DNA of 64,000 bases from Candidatus Omnitrophota bacterium (GCA_016201795.1 JACQCF010000002.1:45122-109121), one strand, 5' to 3'; counted from the stretch's first letter, positions 1 to 10,099 are shown. Program-made: numbers and translations. The notes: generated by a model not told the origin, from the sequence alone.

Positions 1-2
1 GC

Positions 3-425
3 CCTGGAAGTGATACGAATATAGACACCGCCCATGTGATGGGGGCGCTGATCGCCAAGTTCCATCAGGCGGTGCGTCAGAATCAGAAACGGGTTATCGT
101 TTGGGGAACAGGAAAGCCTCGACGGGAATTTTTATACGTGGATGATTTTGTGCAAGGGGTTCTGTTTTTGATGAAGAATTACCGTTCCCAGGAGCTGATT
201 AATTTGGGTGTCGGCTCGGATGTTAGCGTCAAACATTTGGCCCAGCTGATAGCTAAGATCAGCGGTTTTAAAGGAAAAATTGTTTTTGATGCCTCCCAAC
301 CCGACGGAGCCAGGCGTAAACTGCTTAACAACAGCCGCGTGCGTCGCTTGGGTTGGAAGCCAAAGGTATCTTTAGAAGAAGGTGTTCGTCAAACGTACGA
401 TTGGTATAGAAAGGAAATCAGATGA
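3..425 (+). CDS. fcl: GDP-L-fucose synthase-like epimerase/reductase, 5'-truncated by the window edge
   Basis: Frame is open from base 3 (PGSDTNIDTAHVMGALIAKF). WGTGKPRREFLYVDD, INLGVG and PDGARRKLL match the Fcl/WcaG C-terminus. Confidence 0.85.
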   Translation, partial: PGSDTNIDTAHVMGALIAKFHQAVRQNQKRVIVWGTGKPRREFLYVDDFVQGVLFLMKNYRSQELINLGVGSDVSVKHLAQLIAKISGFKGKIVFDASQPDGARRKLLNNSRVRRLGWKPKVSLEEGVRQTYDWYRKEIR

Positions 426-1351
426 AGATTCTTGTCACGGGCGCGGCCGGTTATATCGGTTCGGTCTTGGTACCGCGTCTATTGAACGAAGGACATACGG
501 TGGTGGCGTTGGACAATTTTATGTACAGTCAAACATCCCTGTTGGATGTTTGTTATCACGATACGCTCACCATTGTCCGCGGCGATGTGCGCGACAAGAA
601 TTTAATGGACAAATGGGTCAAAGGAGCGGATGCGATTTTTCCCTTGGCTTGCTTGACCGGTGCGCCCTCATGCGCCAAAGACCCTGCAGGGGCACAGGCC
701 ATTTTGTATGATTCGATTGCGGATATGCTCAAAATCACCAGCCCTAACCAGAGGATTATCTTCCCAACCACCAACAGTGGTTATGGCCTCGGTCAGAAGG
801 GTAAACATTGCATGGAAGAAACGCCGTTGCGGCCCATTTCTCTTTACGGGAAATTGAAGGTGGATGCCGAAAAAGCCATCCTCGATGCCGGTGGCATTAC
901 CTTGCGTTTGGCCACGGCCTTTGGTGTTTCCCCGCGTATGCGCCTGGATTTATTGGTCAATGATTTTACCTATCGTGCGGTATATGACCGGTTTGTGATT
1001 CTTTTTGAAGCGCATTTTCACCGTAATTATATCCATGTGCGTGACATTGCCAAGGCTTTTATCCACGGGCTCAATCATTTTGACAAGATGAAGAAGCAAC
1101 CCTATAATGTCGGCTTAAGCGACGCTAATTTGACGAAGCTGGAATTATGTCAGGAGATTAAAAAATTCGTTCCTGATTTTTATTTCGTCGAAGCGACCAT
1201 CGGTGAGGACCCGGACAAACGCGACTACATCGTCAGTAATGAGAAGATCGAGAAAACCGGTTTCAAGCCGGAGGTGTCTTTGTCCAAAGGTATTCAAGAG
1301 CTGATCAAAGGCTATCAGGTCATCAAGAGAAATCAGTACGCCAATATTTAA
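422..1351 (+). CDS. NAD-dependent epimerase/dehydratase (extended SDR)
   Basis: GAAGYIG Rossmann motif and YGKLK YxxxK. Confidence 0.88.
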   Translation: MKILVTGAAGYIGSVLVPRLLNEGHTVVALDNFMYSQTSLLDVCYHDTLTIVRGDVRDKNLMDKWVKGADAIFPLACLTGAPSCAKDPAGAQAILYDSIADMLKITSPNQRIIFPTTNSGYGLGQKGKHCMEETPLRPISLYGKLKVDAEKAILDAGGITLRLATAFGVSPRMRLDLLVNDFTYRAVYDRFVILFEAHFHRNYIHVRDIAKAFIHGLNHFDKMKKQPYNVGLSDANLTKLELCQEIKKFVPDFYFVEATIGEDPDKRDYIVSNEKIEKTGFKPEVSLSKGIQELIKGYQVIKRNQYANI

Positions 1352-1374
1352 GACGTATTTATGGAAAAAAATAC

Positions 1375-2097
1375 ATGAAAGTTACTTTATTGATTCCGAC
1401 CCTCAATGAGATAGACGGTATGAAAACCATTATGCCGCTGATTAAGAAAGAATGGTACGACCAATTGCTGATTGTGGATGGGAATTCTACCGATGGGACG
1501 ATTGAGCATTGCAAACAACAGGGCTATCCGCTTTACATCCAGCAAAAGAAGGGCATGCGCCACGCGTATGGGGAAGTATGGGACAAGATCACCGGCGACA
1601 TTGTTTTGACCTTCAGCCCTGACGGCAACTCCATACCTGAACTTATTCCCGAATGTATTAAGAAAATGAAAGAGGGTTATGACATGGTCATCGTGTCCCG
1701 GTATGCTCAAGGGGCCAAGAGTGATGATGATGATACCATTACTGGATTTGGTAATTGGGCCTTTACGACGATGATTAATATATGCCACGGCGGCCATTAT
1801 ACCGACGCTATGGTCATTTACCGGGCCTATAAGAAGAATTTGGTTTATGATTTGGGGTTAATGAAGGATGAGGCGTTTGAAAAGGAAGAAAAACTTTTTA
1901 AGACATGTGTCAGTTGGGAACCCTTGTTGTCCATCCGCGCAGCTCGCCGAAAACTCAAGATTGCCGAAATCCCGGGGGATGAACCGGCGCGTATAGCTGG
2001 TGAGCGTAAACTGCAGATTCTGCCCTGGGGCGCGGTTTTTTTGTATCAGGTCATCAGGGAAATGTTTGTCAATCCCTCGACTTACTCTCGGGATTGA
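1375..2097 (+). CDS. Glycosyltransferase family 2
   Basis: IPTLNE, VDGNSTDGT, SPDG (variant DxD) and VIVSRY. Confidence 0.85.
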   Translation: MKVTLLIPTLNEIDGMKTIMPLIKKEWYDQLLIVDGNSTDGTIEHCKQQGYPLYIQQKKGMRHAYGEVWDKITGDIVLTFSPDGNSIPELIPECIKKMKEGYDMVIVSRYAQGAKSDDDDTITGFGNWAFTTMINICHGGHYTDAMVIYRAYKKNLVYDLGLMKDEAFEKEEKLFKTCVSWEPLLSIRAARRKLKIAEIPGDEPARIAGERKLQILPWGAVFLYQVIREMFVNPSTYSRD

Positions 2098-2118
2098 TCC
2101 CGAGTGAAATCGAGGGAT
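2072..2118. repeat. Inverted doublet of a short REP-like palindrome (TCCCGAG-N4-6-TCGAGGGAT)
   Basis: ATCCCTCGACTTACTCTCGGGAT (2072-2094, reverse copy) is followed by ATCCCGAGTGAAATCGAGGGAT (2097-2118). A third copy lies at 14263. Confidence 0.7.
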
Positions 2119-2152
2119 CAAGAAATATTAATGAAAATTCTTAAGGATATTC

Positions 2153-3685
2153 ATGAAACAACTTGATGTTCTTTTTATCCATCCTAATACGGCCCAGCGC
2201 GTTTATCAGGACTTGGCCGTCCATTATTCGGCCATTGAACCGCCTATTTGGGCAGGGATGCTGGCAGGCCATTGCCGTCTCAAAAATTTTTCCGTCGATA
2301 TTTTAGATTGTGAAGCTTTATATTTAACGGATGAACAGGCCGCCCAACGCATTCAAGAAATTAATCCCCGTCTGGCTTGTTTTGTGGTGTATGGTCAACA
2401 GCCTTCCGCCAGTTCCCAAAACATGGAGGGGGCGACAACCCTGGCCGCTATGCTTAAAGATTATGCCCCGTCTATCAAGGTGCTTTTTGTCGGCGGGCAT
2501 GTGGCAGCCCTTGCGCGCGAGGTTTTGGAGAAACATAGTTCCATTGATTTTGTCTGCCAGAACGAAGGGGTCTATACCATTTCCAATTTATTGAAGACCA
2601 ATTTGAAAGACAAGTTGGATTTGGTGGATGGCTTAGGCTTTCGTGAGGAGGGCGGTATGGTGTTGAATAAACCCTCTCCCATTGTGGCTAAAGCAGATTT
2701 ATCCGTTGAACTGCCCGGCATCGCCTGGGATTTATTGCCGGTCAAGAATTACCGTACGGCGTTGTGGCATTCGTACTCTAACGTTTCCACTCGTCAGCTA
2801 TTTGCGGCCTTGTATACGAGCCTGGGCTGTCCCATGAAGTGTTCATTTTGCATGATCAATATCATCAATCGTCAGGAGAACGAGTTTTCCGACGGAAGCG
2901 CTGTGTTCCGTTATTGGGAACCAGAGCATATCATCAAACAGTTCGATTTCTTTGCCGAACAGGGCATTATTAATATTAAGATTGCCGATGAGCTTTTTGT
3001 CTTGAACCCCAATCATTTTATGAAACTTTGTCAGCTCATCATCGAACGCGGGTATAAATTTAATATTTGGTGTTACTCGCGGGTCGATACGGTGAAGGAT
3101 CATTATCTGGAGACGCTTAAAAAGGCCGGCGTGAATTGGCTGGCCTTAGGCATTGAAAGCGGTAATACGCGTGTGCGCAAGGATGTGACCAAGGGCCGTT
3201 TTGAAGATACGGACATCCGTAGTGTGGTCAATAAAATCCGTGAACACGGCATCAACGTGATCGGTAATTATATTTTTGGTCTGCCCGAAGACGATATGGC
3301 CAGTATGCAGATGACGTTGGATTTGGCCATGGATATGAACACCGAAGAAGCTAATTTTTATTCGGCCATGGCTTATCCGGGAAGCCCTCTTTACGGCATT
3401 GCTAAGAAAGAAGGGTGGAAACTGCCCTCAACTTATGTAGGATTCTCCCAGCACTCGTATTATACCCAGCCATTACCGACGAAGTATTTGACCGCCGAGC
3501 AGGTGCTGGCGTTTCGCGACGGGACATGGATGAAATATCACACGAGTCCTAAATTTTTAGCTCTTTTAAAGCAAAAGTTCGGCCAGGTGGCCGTTGATGA
3601 AACTTTGAAGTCCACTAAGATCAAATTAAAACGTAAAATTTTAGAGACGGAGAATATTCTACCCTCCCCTACAGGGATCAAATGA
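2153..3685 (+). CDS. B12-binding domain radical SAM protein
   Basis: N-terminal cobalamin-binding-like region (EPPIWAGMLA, VGGHVAAL), CPMKCSFC CxxxCxxC, LGIESG and IFGLPED. Confidence 0.88.
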   Translation: MKQLDVLFIHPNTAQRVYQDLAVHYSAIEPPIWAGMLAGHCRLKNFSVDILDCEALYLTDEQAAQRIQEINPRLACFVVYGQQPSASSQNMEGATTLAAMLKDYAPSIKVLFVGGHVAALAREVLEKHSSIDFVCQNEGVYTISNLLKTNLKDKLDLVDGLGFREEGGMVLNKPSPIVAKADLSVELPGIAWDLLPVKNYRTALWHSYSNVSTRQLFAALYTSLGCPMKCSFCMINIINRQENEFSDGSAVFRYWEPEHIIKQFDFFAEQGIINIKIADELFVLNPNHFMKLCQLIIERGYKFNIWCYSRVDTVKDHYLETLKKAGVNWLALGIESGNTRVRKDVTKGRFEDTDIRSVVNKIREHGINVIGNYIFGLPEDDMASMQMTLDLAMDMNTEEANFYSAMAYPGSPLYGIAKKEGWKLPSTYVGFSQHSYYTQPLPTKYLTAEQVLAFRDGTWMKYHTSPKFLALLKQKFGQVAVDETLKSTKIKLKRKILETENILPSPTGIK

Positions 3686-4680
3686 TCATTTCCCGCACGC
3701 CTTTCCGTGTATCTTTTTTCGGCGGGGGCACAGACTACAACGGTTGGTTTCAAGAGCATAAAGGGGCGGTGCTTGCGACCACCATTGACAAGTACTGCTA
3801 CATCACTTGCCGTTACCTGCCGCCTTTTTTTGAACACAAGTCGCGCATTATTTATTCCAAAATGGAGCATGTGCACGGCATTGATGATATTGATCACCCT
3901 TCCGTACGTGAGGTGTTGCGTTTTTTAAACATCAAAGAAGGCATTGAAATCCACCACGATGGGGACTTGCCCGCCCGCACGGGTTTAGGATCCAGTTCTT
4001 CGTTTACAGTCGGGCTTTTGAATTCGTTATATGCCCTTAAAGGTGCGATGGTCACCAAAGAGCGTTTAGCGACAGAAGCCATTGATATTGAGCAAAACAG
4101 GATTAAAGAAAATGTCGGCTGCCAGGACCAGACCTTGGCGGCGTACGGCGGTTTTAATTACATCGAATTCGGCGGCCCCAACCATTTACGCGTACAGCCT
4201 TTGACAATATCCACGGCGCAATTGAACCTGCTGCAGGAGCATTTGATGCTGTTTTTTACCGGTTTTTCGCGCTCTGCCTCGCAAATTGCGGCGCATCAGG
4301 TTAAAAATATTCCTCATAAAAAAGCCGAACTGAATCGTATGTATGAGATGACGCAGGAAGCGGTGCAAATTCTCAACAGCAATAATTTGTTGGCTTTCGG
4401 CCGGCTGCTGGGTGAAGGCTGGAAATTAAAACGGACTTTGTCGGATAAGATTTCCACCGCCCATATTGATGAACTTTATGAGGGCGCCATCCGTGCCGGT
4501 GCCATCGGCGGCAAGCTGCTGGGCGCTGGCGGCGGCGGGTTCGTGCTGTTATTCGTCGAGCCGCAGAGAAAGCCTAAAGTCCGCGAAGCCTTAAAAAATC
4601 TTCTGGAAGTTCCCATCAAATTCGAGAATTTAGGCAGTCAGATTATTTTCTATCAACCCGACAGCGGTCTTGTGAAATAA
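3682..4680 (+). CDS. hddA: D-glycero-alpha-D-manno-heptose-7-phosphate kinase (GHMP family)
   Basis: RTPFRVSFFGGGTD, PARTGLGSSS, GCQDQ and GGKLLGAGGGGF. Confidence 0.88.
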   Translation: MIISRTPFRVSFFGGGTDYNGWFQEHKGAVLATTIDKYCYITCRYLPPFFEHKSRIIYSKMEHVHGIDDIDHPSVREVLRFLNIKEGIEIHHDGDLPARTGLGSSSSFTVGLLNSLYALKGAMVTKERLATEAIDIEQNRIKENVGCQDQTLAAYGGFNYIEFGGPNHLRVQPLTISTAQLNLLQEHLMLFFTGFSRSASQIAAHQVKNIPHKKAELNRMYEMTQEAVQILNSNNLLAFGRLLGEGWKLKRTLSDKISTAHIDELYEGAIRAGAIGGKLLGAGGGGFVLLFVEPQRKPKVREALKNLLEVPIKFENLGSQIIFYQPDSGLVK

Positions 4681-4682
4681 AT

Positions 4683-5387
4683 ATGTTTTCCGATGTGGTC
4701 ATTCTCTGCGGCGGTTTAGGCAAACGCCTTAAAGGCGTGACCGGCGGGGCGCAGAAAGTTTTAGCCAAAATCGACGGTAAACCGTTTATCAGCGTGTTGA
4801 TTGATTACATCGCCTCCCAGGGGGGCAAGCGTTTTATCTTGTGTACCGGTCATGATGCCCAGGGCGTGGTCAAGTCATTGAAAGGCGCGCATCCTGGTTT
4901 GACAATTGTATTCTCGAAGGAAGATGAACCTTTGGGTACTGGTGGAGCGATCAAAAAAGGAGCACGGTTAGTTAAGTCCAAGCAATTTATCGCCATGAAT
5001 GGGGATTGTTTTTGTATGATCGATTACAAGCAGCTTCTTGCGTACCATTTAAAGCAGCAGGCCAAGGCAACGCTGGCAGTGACTAAGCTCGATGATACCC
5101 ATGATTACGGCACCATTGAAATTGACACAAAGAAGCGCATTACCGCTTTTAAGGAAAAACAGTCGGGATTAGAAAGTGCGTTGGTTAATACCGGCACCTA
5201 TTGTTTTAATAAGGATGTATTTTCCTGGGTGGAAACCGAGGAGAAATTTTCCCTCGAATATGATTTTTTTCCTTATCTGGTGGAACAAGGTTTTTACGCA
5301 TTCGAAGTTGAAAATAAATTTATCGACATTGGCACGCCCGAGCGCTACGCGTGGGCGAAGGAGCATTTGAAAGGGTTATCGCGATGA
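4683..5387 (+). CDS. hddC: Heptose-1-phosphate guanylyltransferase-like nucleotidyltransferase
   Basis: LCGGLGKRL, EPLGTGGAI, NGD and FIDIGTPE; lies next to hddA. Confidence 0.75.
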   Translation: MFSDVVILCGGLGKRLKGVTGGAQKVLAKIDGKPFISVLIDYIASQGGKRFILCTGHDAQGVVKSLKGAHPGLTIVFSKEDEPLGTGGAIKKGARLVKSKQFIAMNGDCFCMIDYKQLLAYHLKQQAKATLAVTKLDDTHDYGTIEIDTKKRITAFKEKQSGLESALVNTGTYCFNKDVFSWVETEEKFSLEYDFFPYLVEQGFYAFEVENKFIDIGTPERYAWAKEHLKGLSR

Positions 5388-6580
5388 AAGCAGCAGATTT
5401 TAATAAAGCCACGGCGGTTAACGACGGGCAGGAGGCCAAGAAAGCGGGCTATAAAGTTCCGTTCGGCACCGTGTCCATTACGGACAAAGCCAAGAAGCTT
5501 ATTGATGAGGCTATTGATCATCGCTGGCTGACCAAGGGCAAATACGTCAAAGAGTTTGAAGAGAAATTCGCCGCGCTTTTTGGCGTCAAATACGGCATTG
5601 CGGTTTCTTCAGGGACAGATGCGGATGCCATTGCCTGTGCGGTGCTTTATGATTTTGGCGCACAGCGTGCAGATGAAATTATCATCCCGGCATTGACGTT
5701 TGTGGCCACCGGTAATGCCGTGCTGCAGGCTGGGTTTAAGCCGGTGTTTGTGGATGTCAAACGCGAGACCCTCAACATTGATCCGGATAAGATCGAAGCC
5801 GCCATCACCAAACGCACGCGTGCCATCATGCCCGTGCATTTGATGGGTAAACCGGCGGATATGGACAAGATTGTGAGTATTGCCAAGAAGCACAAGTTGT
5901 ATGTCATCGAGGACGCCGCGGAAGCGCATGGGGCGCAATATAAGGGAAAGAAGATTGGCGCCATCGGGGAGATGGCCTGCTTCTCTTTATATGCGGCGCA
6001 TATCATCACCACCATCGAAGGCGGCATGATCATCACCAACAATGAGTCCATGGCCCAGGCGGCGCGATCTTTACGCAACCATGGTATCGACGGCAAATTT
6101 CGTTTCAAACGCATCGGGTTTTCCGCCAAGATGAATGAGCTCGAGGCTGCCGTGGGCTTGGGTAACATTGATATTTTTCACGATATATTGGAAAAACGCC
6201 GCCGTAACGTGCGTTATTTGATGAAGCAATTTGCAAGGTTTGAGAAATATTTCTGGTATCTGAAAGAAGACAGCCATGAGGTTTTAGGGCCGCACGCCTT
6301 TTCCATCATCGTCAAGCCTGGCCTTAATTTCACCAAAGACGAATTTGTGACCTTCCTCGAGAAAGAGGGAGTGGATTCACGCAATCTGTTCTATTCCATT
6401 CCTACCCAGACGGACAGTTATCAAGGAATGGGGTATAAACTCGGTGATTTTCCCCAAAGCGAATACTGTTCCGACCAGGGCACGCATATCGGCTGTCATC
6501 AGGACATCGAGCAGAACCAGCTGGATCATGTCGTCCTAACGGTTGAAAAATTCCTTAAATCTAAAGGCCATCAAGTTTAA
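5384..6580 (+). CDS. DegT/DnrJ-fold PLP enzyme with His at the catalytic Lys position (ColD/RfbH-type 3-dehydratase candidate)
   Basis: SSGTDA, IEDAAEAHG and SLYAAHIITTIEGG. The ATG at 5384 overlaps the hddC stop (ATGA). Confidence 0.82.
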   Translation: MKAADFNKATAVNDGQEAKKAGYKVPFGTVSITDKAKKLIDEAIDHRWLTKGKYVKEFEEKFAALFGVKYGIAVSSGTDADAIACAVLYDFGAQRADEIIIPALTFVATGNAVLQAGFKPVFVDVKRETLNIDPDKIEAAITKRTRAIMPVHLMGKPADMDKIVSIAKKHKLYVIEDAAEAHGAQYKGKKIGAIGEMACFSLYAAHIITTIEGGMIITNNESMAQAARSLRNHGIDGKFRFKRIGFSAKMNELEAAVGLGNIDIFHDILEKRRRNVRYLMKQFARFEKYFWYLKEDSHEVLGPHAFSIIVKPGLNFTKDEFVTFLEKEGVDSRNLFYSIPTQTDSYQGMGYKLGDFPQSEYCSDQGTHIGCHQDIEQNQLDHVVLTVEKFLKSKGHQV

Positions 6581-6583
6581 ATC

Positions 6584-7714
6584 ATGCGCATTGCCATCAA
6601 TGCCCGATCGATTCTTCTTGCCAACCGTACCGGTATCGGACGCTACACTTATCATCTTTTAAACAGTTTTGGGCAGATCGACCAGCAGAATGAATATTGG
6701 CTTTATGCCCGAAAAAATTTTTTCGACCGCAAACGCCGTTGGCCGCAATTTTCTTATCCCCATTTTAAAGTCAGGGCTGATGTTTTAGGTCTTGGCCCAG
6801 ACCGTTGTCTTAAGGGGGTAGATATTTATCACGCCCCAAGCCCGGAGGCGCTGACGATCCACGGCCCTAAGATCGTCGTGACCATCCATGATTTGATTTA
6901 CAAAATCCACCCCGAAACACACACCCTAGAAACGATTGAAGCCACCAGCCGGCAGATGGAGGGGATCATCAAGTTTGCCGATAGGATCATCTGTGTTTCT
7001 GGGAGCACCCGCCGTGACCTGCACCGGTTTTTTGGTTTACCTCAGGAAAAAAGTTGTATGATTTATAATGGTGTTGATCACAGCGTATTTTATCCGTTGC
7101 AGCCCGACGAGCGGCGTGCGGCTATGGACCGATTGAGGGGTTTGGGTATAAAGACACCTTATCTGCTTTACGTGGGAACTATTGAGCCTAGAAAAAATTT
7201 AACCGGTTTGCTCAAAAGCTTTGCTTTGTTAAAATCAAAAAAAGATTTCGCGGGTCAATTGGTGGTGGCGGGGATGAAAGGCTGGATGATGGCCGCGGTG
7301 GCGCCAATGATCAAGGAGTTGGGACTCAGGGATGAGGTGATTTTCACCGGTTTTGTCAGCGATGCGCAGCTGCGTGAATTGTACAATTTGGCCGAGGCGT
7401 TTGTCTTTCCGTCGCTGTATGAGGGGTTTGGTTTTCCCATTGTGGAAGCATTTTGCTGCGGGACGCCGGTGGTGACCTCTAACACGTCCTCCTGCGCAGA
7501 AATTGCGGGGGGCTGTGCTCTGACGGTAGATCCTCGACAAGTACCGCAAATAGCTCAGGCGATTCAACGGTTATTAGAAGACCGTGTGTTTAACCAAGAA
7601 TTGCGCCAAAAAGCCATCAAGAAAGCCCAGGAATTTTCTTTCCTGAAAACTGCCCAAGAAACCCTAAAAGTTTATGAACAGTTGGCTCCCTTGAAGGAGA
7701 GAGCTCATGCATAA
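6584..7714 (+). CDS. Glycosyltransferase family 4 (MtfB/WbaZ-like)
   Basis: TGIGRY, VTIHDL, VGTIEPRKN and FPSLYEGFGFPIVEA. Confidence 0.9.
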   Translation: MRIAINARSILLANRTGIGRYTYHLLNSFGQIDQQNEYWLYARKNFFDRKRRWPQFSYPHFKVRADVLGLGPDRCLKGVDIYHAPSPEALTIHGPKIVVTIHDLIYKIHPETHTLETIEATSRQMEGIIKFADRIICVSGSTRRDLHRFFGLPQEKSCMIYNGVDHSVFYPLQPDERRAAMDRLRGLGIKTPYLLYVGTIEPRKNLTGLLKSFALLKSKKDFAGQLVVAGMKGWMMAAVAPMIKELGLRDEVIFTGFVSDAQLRELYNLAEAFVFPSLYEGFGFPIVEAFCCGTPVVTSNTSSCAEIAGGCALTVDPRQVPQIAQAIQRLLEDRVFNQELRQKAIKKAQEFSFLKTAQETLKVYEQLAPLKERAHA

Positions 7715-9380
7715 TTTTTTAACACGATCACCGCGATGGACCGATGCCCTGATCTTAATTATTTTTACCATATTACTGACCATCCATCCCTATTACCTGA
7801 ATAACCGTATCAATGTGTTTGAATTGGGTATCTATTTGCCCGGTATCAATGCTATTTTGCACAGCATGGTACCTTTCAGGGACTTTTTCCATTTACGTGG
7901 GCCGCTGGAACTTTATGCACCGGTTTGGTTGATGAAAATATTCGGTGTCCATATGCAGGTCCTGTGTGCCTATTTTTATGTCGGTAATGTTTTGTGTTTG
8001 GTCATGATTGTTTTGATCGCCCGCGAGTTTATCCGTTCCAGGTATATCTTCTATATGATGATTCCCGTCATCATTGCCCGTACTTATCCCCGGGTAGTTT
8101 TTATGATCTGGGGAGGCATGCGTTATGCATTCGGATTGATGGCCATTTTTTGTTTGATCAAATTCTTAAAGAGCCGGCGATTATGGTGGATGGCGGGCGC
8201 AGGCCTCATGAGCGCATGGGCCGGATTAATCAGTATCGAAATGGGAGTTTATACGGTAGCTGCCATCCTGGGATGTCTTTTGGTTGCCTGGGTGGGGCGT
8301 TTCAAACCATCGGAAGAAACCGGGCGTGGTTTTATTTATTTTATAGGAGGAGGATTTTTAGGACTCGCTCCTTGGGTCATTTACAGCTTACAACAGCACG
8401 CTTTCCTTCCTTATTTGGATGCGGTGATGGCGGTGGTGGGCCCTAAATCATCGGTGCTCGATTCGCATTTGGTTTCTATTTATCCGCATAATTTTCCCGA
8501 AGCTTTCGCAGCCATGATTAATCCCGTCCATATCAATTTCAGGCACATGACACCTTCTTATACGTATTTATTCCTCTTAGGTTATTTGATTGTCCGATGG
8601 CGCAAAGGAGGGCGGGAGCCATGTGAACTTGGTCTTTGGGGCTTAGGGATTTACGGTTTTATTATGTACAATACCGCTTTTCGTGCCATCTGGGCTGCCC
8701 AATTTGAAATGGCTCTCATGCCCGAGAAGGTCATTTATTTCTTTTTAGTAGAAGCATTCGTTTTATGGTTATGGAGCAAAAGAGAGGCAGCGCCTGATTG
8801 GGGCAGATCCCTTATTTATATCTTTGTGATGGGATTATTCATTTTTTCTTGCGCCTACACCTTGCAGCGGTACCATAAACGCTTTTGGTCCTATCAATAC
8901 ACCCTTAATACTTTGACGGGCAAAAACAATGATTATCTCAAACGTTGGGATAAGCATGAACAATATGGTCAATTAAACATAGAGCGGGCCCGGGGAATCT
9001 GGGTTCCCGTTGATCAATATAATGACTTGAATCAAATATCCAATTTTATTACTCAAAAGACCAGTCCTGATGATGTCATTATGATGTTTCCGGAACTGGG
9101 GACGTACAACTTTTTATTTGACCGTCCCTTTTTGGGCCGTTTCCCCATTGTGACATTCACCTGGTTTAATGACCATTGGTTTGAGGAATACCTCGGCGAC
9201 CTCAAGTCTTTGAAAACCAATTACATCATTGTGCAGAAACGTATGCCCGAGGATTGGTACAAAGTATATCTGGGATATGCACCTAACAAAATTAAATATC
9301 AACAAATGCTAGAGACTATTCATCGTTTTTACGTACCTGTGGCCCAGACAGAGGCAACCTGGATTTATCAAAGGAAATGA
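7707..9380 (+). CDS. Polytopic membrane protein, possible GT-C-fold transferase (paralog A)
   Basis: About ten hydrophobic segments plus a soluble C-terminus; clear similarity to 10932-12623. Confidence 0.7.
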   Translation: MHNFLTRSPRWTDALILIIFTILLTIHPYYLNNRINVFELGIYLPGINAILHSMVPFRDFFHLRGPLELYAPVWLMKIFGVHMQVLCAYFYVGNVLCLVMIVLIAREFIRSRYIFYMMIPVIIARTYPRVVFMIWGGMRYAFGLMAIFCLIKFLKSRRLWWMAGAGLMSAWAGLISIEMGVYTVAAILGCLLVAWVGRFKPSEETGRGFIYFIGGGFLGLAPWVIYSLQQHAFLPYLDAVMAVVGPKSSVLDSHLVSIYPHNFPEAFAAMINPVHINFRHMTPSYTYLFLLGYLIVRWRKGGREPCELGLWGLGIYGFIMYNTAFRAIWAAQFEMALMPEKVIYFFLVEAFVLWLWSKREAAPDWGRSLIYIFVMGLFIFSCAYTLQRYHKRFWSYQYTLNTLTGKNNDYLKRWDKHEQYGQLNIERARGIWVPVDQYNDLNQISNFITQKTSPDDVIMMFPELGTYNFLFDRPFLGRFPIVTFTWFNDHWFEEYLGDLKSLKTNYIIVQKRMPEDWYKVYLGYAPNKIKYQQMLETIHRFYVPVAQTEATWIYQRK

Positions 9381-10099
9381 GCATGAGTAAAATTTGGTCT
9401 AAGCGCGTTTATAAAATGCACGGGTTTTTCAATTACGTGTATTCACTTTTGATGCTGCGTTACACTGCGTTCAATCTTTCCTTGTTGCACCGCCGGCTGG
9501 AGTGTGCCATTGACCGCATGCATATCGGCTGCGGTGACGTCATTCTCGATGGTTGGTTGAATGTGTTATATGAACGCAGGCAGGAATACGATCGTCTTAT
9601 AAAAAAAGGCCGCGGCTGGTTTTTGAATTATGATTTGCTTAAGGCCTGGCCGGTCAAAGACAATAGCCTTGCCTTTGTGGCTGGCAGCCATGTGATTGAG
9701 CATTTGGATTTAAATGATGGGCTGAGGCTGGTTCAACAGGCTTATCAAGCGCTCAAAGGCGGCGGCGTCATCCGTTTAAGCTGCCCCGATATGGAAATAT
9801 ATGCGCGCCATTATTTAGCCAGGGACGAAGCTTTCTTTAATCATCCTTTAATTCGTGAATGGTGTACGTTCAAGGCTGCCGAAACACATGGTCAAATTTT
9901 TATGGCTAAAGCCTATGACAGCGGCGGGGCACATAAATGGTTTTATGATTATGAGTCTTTAAAAAATATCCTTGAACGTGCCGGTTTTGTTGAGGTCAAA
10001 AAAGTTGGACACCTGCAAGGGGCAATGCCTGATTTGCCGCTTCTTGAGCCGGCGGCACGTGAACTGGAAACCGTTTATGTGGAGGCCGTCAAACGTTGA
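9377..10099 (+). CDS. Class I SAM-dependent methyltransferase-domain protein
   Basis: HIGCG, SHVIEHL, LKGGGVIRLSCPD and HKWFYD. Confidence 0.82.
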   Translation: MSMSKIWSKRVYKMHGFFNYVYSLLMLRYTAFNLSLLHRRLECAIDRMHIGCGDVILDGWLNVLYERRQEYDRLIKKGRGWFLNYDLLKAWPVKDNSLAFVAGSHVIEHLDLNDGLRLVQQAYQALKGGGVIRLSCPDMEIYARHYLARDEAFFNHPLIREWCTFKAAETHGQIFMAKAYDSGGAHKWFYDYESLKNILERAGFVEVKKVGHLQGAMPDLPLLEPAARELETVYVEAVKR

